From: Lingula anatina
Lineage: Eukaryota; Animalia; Brachiopoda
Length of the DNA: 64,000 nt
Direction: 5' to 3'
Assembly (NCBI GenBank): GCA_051362555.1
Contig: CM120641.1
Location: 10,788,001-10,852,000 of the forward strand
The position numbers and the translations under genes are program-made. Positions 29,371 through 41,000 of the stretch are shown in pieces (position 1 is the first letter of the stretch; every line of letters begins with the position of its first letter). The notes beneath the pieces were generated by a model, which saw nothing but the letters and a program-made list of their open reading frames with translations, made no database searches and was not told the origin of the DNA.

Positions 29371-32300
29371 GAACAACTGGATTCTGTTAAAAACATAACC
29401 ATTGATCCAGAGAAGGAACAAGAATACATCACACGATTGAAAAACCAAGAACAGGAAGAGCAAAATTTAAAAGAAGGCTTGCATACCAGAATAAGACGAG
29501 TGGAACATGCCGTGACAGTCATTGTTGTCTTAGTGGTAGCAGCTAGCATGGGGATGGTTTTAAGAGACAAATTACCCAAATCTATTTTGGGTCTGATTGA
29601 CATGTTACAGTTTGGTATGGCTAATTTAGGATCTTTTTCTTTGCTTCTATTAACCTTTATGATAACAGTAGTGGGAGTAACATTGGTGAAGGAAATGTTA
29701 CAGCACCAGGCATCAAGGCTGCATGAAACAATAAAATGTGGTATGAAGCACAGAAAACAATTCACACATATAACACTGTTGGTAAAATTTTGTCTTGTAA
29801 AACTTACCGTACTAACAAATTGAGTACAAGTATATTGGCTTCAAGGGTCATTCCATATCAACTCATCCAGCGAGGGTACCCTCCGTCAAGAAAGTTGCTG
29901 ATTTTCACATATTTTGTAGATATTATAGGGACTAGAAAAAAACCTAAAATTTTAGATTGAGATCTCAACTGGTTTCAGAGTTATGACACTCCAAAGTTGG
30001 ACCCAGCTGAGGGCTTGCTGTGCCTCACATGAATGTAGGTCATGGTGACCTAGTTAAGAAAAACACTATAACAATAGTTCTGCATATCCCATTGCTTTGT
30101 AGCTTTCATGACTTTATATTTTAACATTTCAGGAATCCAACTATCACACTGAAAATGGTCTGGCATATTTAAAATGCACTTCATTTTCACTTTGAAAAAT
30201 CCTTGTCATTTTTTCAAAATGACAGACACCCCACCCTTTTAATCTAATTTTTCTCAATGTCTCCAAAGGGACAGGTGTTTTTGCTTTATCTCATATTAAA
30301 GAGGAGGCTTTGAACTTAAAAGTGAAAGTGTTAAATCAATTTGTATATTTTGGAGACAAAAGTAATAAAACATTATAAGAAAATATGTGATATGGGCTAT
30401 TGCATGGTCACTGATCCAGAACAATGTGCTATCAAACACCCAAATTTAGAAATATCTACATTAGTTTACCTGTTATCTTTCAGAATAAATTGCCTATGAT
30501 GTTGTTATACTATACAAATTTTTTTTTTGATGTGAATGAAATTGTTTTATGCAGATATTCTTTTAATTAAATTGACATCCCAGCAATAGACCAGTTTCCA
30601 TGTCTCCATCCATACCAACTTGTTGTCTCATGCCTTTTAAAAGATATTTAAAACCTAAATAAATAACCATATCATACATATGCCCATAAACTTATTGTTT
30701 TATTATAATGTACATGTTTATCTATTTATTTAAATGTCAAAATAGTTACATGTATATACATGTACAGAATGCTACAACTTTGTACAACTGTAACATGTAG
30801 TTTCAAGTTAACATTTTATCTTACATAACCTAAAAAAATATGATTTTTCCATAATAACTATTTTTATTTTAGTTAAAGATGATTAAAAAAAATTTAACCT
30901 ATGATACATAATATTAAAGGGACTTCTCACAAATTTTCCTTTGGCCACCCTGCATAATATTATATAATCTGCCAGTGACAGGAACAGGGATGATAATTTT
31001 GCAAAGTATATCATTTAATGGCACCCAGCAAATGCTTGCTGACCAAAGAAAATTCTGGGTGAGTAGATTATGTAAGATAAAATGTTATCCTTAGAATACA
31101 TTTAATGTAAATAGTTATACAAAGCATTCTGCATATTACCCCAACCTAATAGAGGTGAATTTCACATGCTGTAGTATTAAAAATATTACCAATTGAATTT
31201 TGAAATTGTAATCAATTTTTATAACCTGTGTGTAGTCTGTAGAACAAAAATGCATTGCTGTCTCAAATTTACTTATACATGCAATATTTATCATGTGTGT
31301 ACCATTATGTAAGAAGCCTAAATGGTACTGCGCACTCAACATGTACTGGTAATGGATGTTCCAGGTGATATAATATTTGTAATGATCCAGTCATGGGACA
31401 TTGTGATGTAAAGCTGATGTAAAGCTGACATAAGGATGTCTTTCAAAATATTTTAACTGTAACTCAAGGGGGTTTGCCATATGGTTAAAACATAGGTAAC
31501 TTATGTTTCCCAGAAAAATGTTCGAAAAAAAAGATTATTTTTGACCAAGTCCTTAGTGCAGTGGGTAAAAGGGTGTTTTGCTATCAACTGAAACATATAC
31601 ATAAAATGCACAGTGTTTGGCATTTCTGACATAATTTTTGCACCATATATAGAAAATAGTTCATTTTATGTTTCTTTTACTGTTAGCATGCTGCATTTGT
31701 ATTTATAAAATTCAGTGACAAACAAACTAAAATTGCAGCAAAAATTATTGTTCTGTAGAGAAGATTGCTATGTTTTTAACAACTTTATACAAATTGTAAA
31801 AATTAGATGATGAAATAATAAAAGAAATCAGCACTTATTGAGCTTGCAAAGTGAGCACAACACTTTCACAGTTGAAAATTTTCCATTTGTGACAGTAACA
31901 TTTGGGGTCAGACTATGAATTAACTTTTATGACAAGTGGTTCCAGGACAAACTTTGATACACACTTTTTCATGTGGGACCATAAGAATTACCAAACTTTG
32001 TTTCTAATCCATACATTGAATATTTTTGAGAGCAATGCCTCTAACATTATTTGCAGCTTTAGATTGGGTTTGGATGATAAACATGTAACTTTTCTGACCT
32101 ACAAAAAAGAAGAAAACATGTACATTAAAATAAAACAATAAATTTTTGGGCACATGTATAATATGGTTATTTATTTAGGTTTCAAATATCTTTTAAAAGG
32201 CATGAGACAACAAGTACAATGTAGGTTGGATGGAGACATGGAAACTGGTCTATTGCTGGGATGTCAATTTAATTAAAAGAATATCTGCATAAAACAATTT

Positions 32301-34263
32301 CATTCACATCAAAAGAAAATATTTTATAGTATAACAACATCATAGGCAATTTATTCTGAAAGATAACAGGTAAACTAATGTAGATATTTCTAAATTTGGG
32401 TGTTTGATAGCACATTGTTCTGGATCAGTGACCATGCAATAGCCCATATCACATATTTTCTTAAAATGTTTTATTACTTTTGTCTCCAAAATATACAAAT
32501 TGATTTAACACTTTCATTTTTAAGTTCAAAGCCTCCTCTTTAATATGAGATAAAGCAAAAACACCTGTCCCTTTGGAGACATTGAGAAAAATTAGATTAA
32601 AAGGGTGGGGTGTCTGTCATTTTGAAAAAATGACAAGGATTTTTCAAAGTGAAAATGAAGTGCATTTTAAATATGCCAGACCATTTTCAGTGTGATAGTT
32701 GGATTCCTGAAATGTTAAAATCTAAAGTCATGAAAGCAACAAAGCAATGGGATATGCAGAACTATTGTTATAGTGTTTTTCCTAACTAGGTCACCATGAC
32801 CTACATTCATGTGAGGCACAGCAAGCCCTCAGCTGGGTCCCACTTTGGAGTGTCATAACTCTGAAACCAGTTGAGATCTCAATCTAAAATTTTAGGTTTT
32901 TTCTAGTCCCTATAATATCTACAAAATATGTGAAAATCAGCAACTTTCTTGACGGAGGGTACCCTCGCTGGATGAGTTGATATGGAATGACCCTTCACTT
33001 TGTACATATACTGTACTTAAAATATTGAAGATGTAATATTCACTAATTATAGAGGATTATTTTAACAATATATTATATACAATATATTTTCTATGGTCAA
33101 CAGCTAATGAAATGCTTGTATTTGAAATAAAAGAAAAATGCATAGTTATCTTGAAAAGATCTTTTACAGGTTTTTCTGACCCTAGTACAGTGCAAATTGT
33201 CTCCAGGAGAGAATGGGGTGCCAGAGAAGCCTCCGGACCCATGAGCCCCTTGCTCATCCCAGTCAAGTATGTTATTATAGCGCACACAGTGTCTGGATTA
33301 TGCGAGTCCGTGGAAGCATGCTCAGGTATTTTACGAGGCATACAGCAAAGGCACATGGCTGATAGAGGTGAGATTCACTTTAAAGAAATGGGCCTATTGT
33401 AATATTATGATTTTTATATGATTTCAATTAAAGTGTCAAAATAATTTTAAACTGATGACATAGTCCAGTAGTGAAAAGAAGTATATGTACAATTTTATAT
33501 TTATTTTGATTTTTGTAAATATCCTGTAATGAGGTATGTTAACCTGCTCCGTGTACTCTGCTGTTACCATTCGAGCTGCCTGAAGCAAAATAATGTTTAA
33601 GTGTATACGTAAGTTAAAATAAAAGTTTTTTTTTCAGGTTGGTCAGATATTGCATACAATTACCACATAGCAGATGATGGCAGAGTATATGAAGGTCGGG
33701 GACCATCAATTGCTGGGTCACACACCAAAGGGTAATATATACAAAAAAAATGTCATGAATCAGATATTCTGTGCCTTTATCATCCAGAGTTATTTATATC
33801 ACTGGAAATGCCATTACTGTTTATGGTAATCTCTGCAACTCTTTGGCAACTTCGGTAGTCTGTGACCAACATTTTTCTATTCCCGTTTGACATGAAAAAT
33901 TCCTTTTTGTGGCTGTTATTATTTCAATTTTTTATTTCCCTTCATTCAGAAGCTTTTTTTTTTTTTTTTTTTTTTTGCTTAAAATATTACTAAGGTTTTA
34001 AGAAAAATTATATATCCTCACATTTCAGGTGGAATTTGAACTCTTGGGGCATTGCCTTCATGGGAGACTTCAGTTACCGCCTACCTAGTCCAAGGGCCTT
34101 ATGGGCTTTAAAGGCTTTTCTGAAAAACTCGGTAGAAAATGGTTTCTTAGATGAAAATTATGTACTGTTAGGGCACTGCCAGGTTGCTCCCTTTGCAAGT
34201 CCAGGAGACACACTGTACAGAGAACTTAAAACTTGGGATCATTGGCAAGACATCCATGCGTGA
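28855..34263 (+). CDS. Predicted membrane protein: DZIP3-type HEPN domain - coiled coil - TM (1 or 2) - non-catalytic PGRP domain. Exons 28855-29614 (or -29740), 33170-33367, 33638-33731, 34029-34263; 428 or 470 aa
   Basis: Exon 1 has FDITLLFSLIR and RNSLAH HEPN motifs and hydrophobic segments. Two phase-1 donors (G|GTATGG at 29615, G|GTATGA at 29741) fit the phase-1 acceptor TTTTACAG|G at 33170. Downstream exons encode a complete PGRP domain (IVSRREWGA, YVIIAHT, GWSDIAYNY, VYEGRG, GIAFMGDF, GHCQV, SPG). Confidence 0.72.
29844..32994. mobile_element. Foldback / long-TIR non-autonomous DNA transposon (PIF/Harbinger-like 3-bp TSD) in intron 1 of the HEPN-PGRP gene
   Basis: Arms of ~0.9 kb (29844-~30750 and ~32080-32994) are near-perfect reverse complements starting AGGGTCATTCCATATCAACTC; TCA directly flanks both ends; no transposase ORF seen. 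Confidence 0.85.
33170..34263 (+). other. Peptidoglycan recognition protein (amidase_2 fold) domain over three exons
   Basis: Canonical PGRP motifs in frame across GT-AG introns; stop at 34261-34263; AATAAA at ~34423 and ~34434. Confidence 0.93.
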
Positions 34264-35036
34264 GCTACCAGTGTTACAAGAACCACTCGTAAGATTTGGT
34301 ATTACAAACATAACTTATTTAAACGTGAGGTTTATCACAATATGCTCATTAAAATTATAATATCACTATTTGTGATAGATATGAACAGTTCCATTCTGTG
34401 TTTAAGTGAATCTCTAAAATTAAATAAATTCAAATAAATATGAAAGAACACAAGGTTTGTGTTTTAATATGTCCATCTTTTTATTCATGAAAATCTCTAT
34501 AACTGAAGTTAATATATAAGTGTCACAGGATTTATGTTTGAGTATGTACACGTAACAACATTATGAAATATATTTCCAAACTGTTACATCTCTTCGTGGA
34601 CCAAAAAAGCAAAGTGGTGGGTGCATCATTCTTTTTCAATTTTATCTTTCCATGGAATACTAGCACAGTCTTGAATCTGATGCTGTAAATGTAGAAATTA
34701 AACAAGATATTGCTTTTTTTTGTTGAAAAAAAGTCTAATGAATGATTAATTTTAGGGTCTCTGCTGTTTGTTGAATCTCTGGTGTCTGAAATCATTACTT
34801 CTCCCTACAAAGTTATACTGAGTCTAAAATATCATGTCACTTTTCAACAGTGAAATTACTATACTGGCTCAACGATTTTACTTTTACAAAAAGGGAGTAA
34901 TGCACATTACTGATCACCTGGTTCAAAGCAAGAGGCTTTTTAAAAAATGTTTTCCAGGTTGTAGAACTGAGAAGCAATAGTTGATTCAATAAAACACCTG
35001 ACATTTAACAAAAAGAGGGCACTGGTTATCATTGAT

Positions 35037-38000
35037 TTAGTCACTATCCTCACTGTCGCTGTGAGTTTCTCCAAACAACTCCTGTCCGTTAGTAGCCTCA
35101 GCAAGTGATGAACCCTGTGTGTTATCAGCTGAATATTTTAAGGTAACAACTGTGGGAGAATTTGGAAGCCCAAATGCTATAGCAGTTCTATTCAATACAA
35201 CTTTTGAGCACTGTATCTTGACATCTGGAGTGAAGACTGAGAGAATTCCTTTTTTGAAATCCCAGAGAGATATGTCCTTGGCTAGCACCATTGCCTTACT
35301 GGAGTTATGCAGGATGTAGATTGTGGAGTAAATGTCTAGCTGGAAGCCTGTGTATGTTGGAAGCTTGTGCATGGCTTGGTTTTCTAAATCCCACCAAACC
35401 ATTTCATTGCAAATATTTCCAAAGACAACTTGTGTGGCACTGTCATTGATGGCAACTGCACATACCCCTTCTTCTTCTTCAAGTTTGGCATGAACTTTTC
35501 CCGTCATGCAGTCCCATACAACAACACAGCTGAATTTTTCAACATCATCATAGTAGGTGTGCACCAGGTGGCCACCAGTTGATGTCAAGGCAGATGTATC
35601 TAAGGTCAGAATTGCTTTGTCATCAACCAGCGTTTGAATGTGGCGCCCCCGTGTTATATCAAACACACACAGGTAGCATGAAAAGTATGAGGCCACTATC
35701 ATTTTTTCATCATCACTGACAAGAAACTGAGTAATCAAGTTCTCTTTCCCCTTTTTGAGTCCTTCTATGCGGTCATTTTCATCTTGAATTTCTCTCTGGT
35801 GCCTTCTTTGTCGACCAGTTTTGGTTTCTGATCTCCTTTGCCATGGTAACATTTTGGCAGTTGTACCCCTCTTTCTATGAGATGCGACTGATGACTTGAT
35901 TACATCAGAGAGTTTGGATCTGTCTTTATATATATTGAGGACTGTTTGGCCAGATTCTAAACTCCATATGACAAAGTGAGTCCTATCAGGAGATGGACTC
36001 ATAACTCTCTCACCATTTAGCATGAAATATTCATTTGAAAGGCCAACATCTATGTGGGCCCCATGCAAGATACGATCATACTGTCTGGTTTCCAGATTAA
36101 ACACAAGAATGGAGGTGAAATATTCTTCGTACTTGTTGATCATGCAATCTGTGAGGATAACAACATTCATGTTCTTCACCAGGAGAAGGTCCATGTCTTC
36201 TACTAAACCTCTCTCTGAACAGACAGCACTGATTTTACACTGAGTCTTGAACAAGTTCCACACTGTCACTGGCCCATTACAGTCCATTGGCTTAGCCACC
36301 ACATAGCGAGGATTATCATCCAGAATTGTAATTTCTTCAATGCCAACAACTCCCTGAACTGGCACTTTCTTGCTGAGACCGAGAGTGATGTCCCATACCA
36401 TAAGGTTGTTGGAAGCTGATGATGCAGTCACACAGTAGCTCAAATTCAGACATGCTGCCAGGTTTGTTATTCCAGAGTGATAGCCCAAATGTCTGTGTTC
36501 CTCAGTCTCCAAGTTCCAGACAGCTAGATAGGTAGCACCAGTTTTTTGAGAGCTTACCAAACCAATGGCATGAGATCCAGACTTGTTGAATTCAACATCT
36601 TGAATACTGGCATCCATAGCACAACCTTTGATGGTTCGGATGTACAGACCAGTGCTGTTGTCAAAAATTTCAAAAATAAAGTGGTCATCACAGTGACAAG
36701 CTAGCACAAAGTACATGGGAGTTGTTCCAACAGCTCGTAGCCTTGCAGCAATGTCATTGATGTTGATAGTGTATGCTAACTGGCCAGTGTGAACATTGTG
36801 TGCATATGCTTTAGTGTCACCACGGAAACCATGCAAAATCTGGTCTCCATAGGTACAAGAGGATACTGTTGTTGATCTTCCTCTGTGGGCTGAAAGGGTT
36901 ACTTCTTCTTCATCAGGAATTTCTTCAACAGGTGGACTTTTATCATCTTGGCTACCTTCAACCAAATCCTCTTCATCTTCTTCTTCCTCTTCCAGCATCT
37001 GCCATATCTGAACCTTGTTCTTTTGTTCTTGTTCCATCTTCTGTTTTCTAGCTTTTTCTTCCTCTTCATTCTTTTCATCTTTTTCCTCTAAGTGAAAGGA
37101 GTTGACATGTGTCACTTCACCATCCAGATTCCACACATGCATGGTTTCTCCACCATCAACAAAGAGTAACAACATTGTTCCATTAGAAGCTGTTGTTGGG
37201 ATCACGTAATCCTCAAGTTGTTCTATTACTCTGACAAGATGACCTTTTTCCAAACTCCAAATTTGCACAGAATAAGTCTCACATACAATGGCATACCTGT
37301 CCTGCATGGCCATTTTAATGTGATATGCTTCTTTCCCAACTCCTTTGATTGTCTTGGTAACTCTTCCAGTTTGAAGATCCCAAAGTTTCAGGGTGTTGTC
37401 AAGGGATGCTGATACAGCTTGTTTGCCAGAATTGGTGACTGTCACAGCAGTGATGGCCCCATGATGTCCACCTAACTCTAATCCAGTCAAGGAACCAGGA
37501 GGTAGAAGGCATGTGGCAGAGGGAACAATAACTGGGATAGAACTTTTTGCAGCAGCATCCAACAGAGCAGGAAAGTGTGGGTACTTTCTTGGATCCTCAG
37601 AAGTGGCTGGGACATCTTTTGCCATTATGTCAAAAAGTCTTCCAATCAGTTGTGAAGCAAGCTGATGGGGATCCTTTGTCAAAACATGACAACCTCGTTT
37701 GAGAGACTCTATGACTAAATAAAGTTCCATGTCAGAACCTTCATCACTATTACTGGATTCAGCTTGGTGGTAATCATCCAGCAGCTCCCACAGGGAAGTG
37801 GAACACAGTTTAGCCAGTAACCACTCATAGTTGAGAAGACATTCAGTCTTCAGCAGCAGGGTCTCTTGTGCCATTATCAAATGGTGTGGAAGCTCATTCA
37901 GGAGTCTCAGGTTGTACGATCTTTTGATTTCCAATCCATATGTGCCTTCTTCTACATGCTCATAACACCCTGACTGTTTTCTGTACTTCTCAGTATCAGA

Positions 38001-41000
38001 TGACTCTTCCAGAGGCCTGCCTAAGAAATATGCTGCCATTGCCTTGTGGTATGACACTAATTCTTTGCCCTTCAGGTACATTTCTGCGTATGCTTCTTGG
38101 AAAGACCAGTGTGCCCATTTGTACAACAGTTGCCCTCCATCACCAAGGATCTTGGTAACATATCCTGCATCTGTTAAGTTGTTGAGGAGACGCACCAGAA
38201 TAAAACTTGGAAGCCTTGGAAAGGAAGATTTGTTCAAGGTTGACACAAACTCCATAACTCTGGAATCCTGGGTGAGTAGTTCATGTAATTCACTCTGGGT
38301 TAAGCCATTTTTGGCTGTGCAAAGAAAACCAAAGGTGCGTCTCACCAAAAGTTCCCCATGTACTTTAGCTAGATGACCAGCAAAATTGAATGCCATGGTT
38401 CGTACAGTCTTGCCAAGCTTCATTTTGTTGTGTGTGAAGGAAGTCCACTTGCAGGCTTCTCTGAACACCATATACACAAGAAGGGGGGTAGTTTCTGGCT
38501 GGAATGCCTCTAATACTACATCAAGTTGGGCATCTGTAACACATCTGCCTTCCTCATGCAAGTAGTGGTAGAGCATATTGGAAGCAGCTTCTTCGGACAA
38601 TGGAAGGATTTCAAGGAACTTTTCTGCAGGAATCTTTTGTTGGAGAAAATTCATTATTTCACTTCCTGTATTCATCGACAGCACGATGTGAACATTGTCT
38701 GGTAGTTTGGAAGGGATCCAAGACTGAAGGTCATTTGCAGAATCTGTAAATCACACAGTTTATACATAAAAATTACCCTAAGCATTGAATCATTTATTCC
38801 ACGATCTGTTAGAAATTTAGATTCTGTCCCCAATACAAAAAAAAAAAAAAATTATGAGAAAACCTCCATGATTACAGGTGGAATACAATGCTACAGCTTA
38901 AATCTTTTCAATACTTCAGATATGCTGGCTATTATTTTTCTATGTTTACTATGGTATGTAATATTTCAAACACTTACCCTGTTCTAATATCAACCTGTCC
39001 AACCCATCTAGAATAATGAGAAGTGGTTTATCTGTATTTGCATGGGACAGCAAGTCGTCAAATTCATTCATCAGCCATTTCAAATTCTGGAAAAAAATTA
39101 TCAATTTTCAACATTTTGTTCATACTACACACTGCATATTGGAAACAATTGTTGCCCATTGCTGTAGGATTCCAGAAAGTATTCATGGCATGAAATTTTA
39201 ATTTCAGCCCACATATCAAATATATTTAACCTAAAAGCTCTGTATCATTCCATTCAAAATATTAAACAATCTAAACTTTCCTTTTTTTATGTTTTTTTGC
39301 CTTATCTAAAACTCTATCACCAAGACCTTAAATTTCTCAACATTATTAACCTACAGTCAATTTTCTCACCATTTATAATGCAATCAGTATGTTTTATACA
39401 TAGCATACTTAAGCAATTAAGGCAACCAATCACAACTGATTTCTTTTAAGTTTTTCAAATTTGCTCTCAAACTAGTAAAATAAAATGCCTTATGAGAGTT
39501 AAAGAGAATACCATTCATGTATGGAAGCATAACTTACCATGCTTTTCAAATCGCTTGTATTCAAGTTGAATATCTGCCTTAGTTGGAAGCACAGCCCCTG
39601 AAGCAAAGTATGGAAGCTGGTGGACATGGAAGTATGACCAATACTCCGGAACAGCACCCTGAGGTCCTCCCTATGTATTAAAATTATAACAATTTGTCAA
39701 CCAAAATGCTTGATTCTGCTACACAAAGGAACCTGAGAGAAGCAAGCTGCAGTGCATTTATTTAACCTTAACTAATGTGCATCAAATATCAAGATGTCAA
39801 TTGGCATGGCACACTGGCCAGTGTATCAAATATATAGCTGACTATACAGAGTTAAAGGTGAAGCATCTTTTCAGTTGCCTGTTGTTGTCTAAACAATAAC
39901 TGCAATGTTTTTTCTACCTTTTCATCCACTCTGTTGCTGAACAAGCAATGGTGGATAGCAAAGAAGATGTGCCCATCCCTGGCTTGCCATGTACAACAAT
40001 TGGTGAGCTTCTGGTAGACCACAATAAATTTCTTGTCGAATGAAGTTGATCACTTCTTCCATAGAATCTCTTTGCCCTAAATATAAAATAATTAGCACTA
40101 TGTCTGACACTGTGAACCTTTTTCTGCTTTGTTTGTTTGATAATTATAATTATTTAAGGTAATAATTCGATTCAACAGAAGTAAGTGTCATAATATATAA
40201 TTGTCATACATGATAATTACAAATCAGATAAAAATGAATAACGGAATAAAAAAATACCCTAGGCTTACCTTTCAATGCAAAAATTAGCATGCTGGACAAT
40301 GTCAGTCACATGCTTCTCATATACACCACTCAAGCTATTAATTGAACTTGCAGTGGCATATGGAAGGCTTTCTATATAGTGCTCTACCACATCTTGGAAG
40401 CTGCGACACATCTTCTTTGCATATATATTGTGCTCCCTATTTTTCGGACGATTGCCTTCAGGGTTGAATCCATCAAATGCCCAGGGAATCAAGAAGCGAT
40501 GGTAGTGGTTCTTGGGAAGCTGCATAAAAATGTCATCAATGTATAAGTCTATATAACTTGCAGCTTACCATTTGTATTTGAGGCTGAAAACTGTTCCAGT
40601 TAAAATAATCACTTTAAATAATTTAACACACACACACACAGCTGCCATATCACCCTTGCAATTGACCACTCTCCCTCACACAAACACATAAAAATCTCCC
40701 CATTTCTCCCCCATACTGATCTTTACATCATCTTTTCATCCAATATTTCCCTACCTCAACCATGCACATCTTGTCCACCAGTTCCTGTAATGCAACATCT
40801 TTATCTGGATCCTTGGTCCCAGGCTGAATCAGGTCCACATAGTCTCCAGCTTTGCTGTCTTGGAGTTGAATGTCACTGAAACATCTGTAAAACCAGGCAC
40901 AATTCTGGTGGTTCTCATTCTCAAAGAATCCTCGACTGTTTTCCTCTTCTTGTACTGTAAATGTGGACAGTTACAGAAAAATCAGCCATTCAATATCAAA

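Noticed and set aside
29313-29765. 150-aa minus-strand ORF
   Set aside because: Antisense shadow of the HEPN-TM exon.
39922-40110. Apparent frameshift in the NACHT exon suggested by the ORF track
   Set aside because: With the phase-2 acceptor the exon reads RAKRFYGR...PIVVHGKPGMGTS without interruption; the listed ORF is a different frame.
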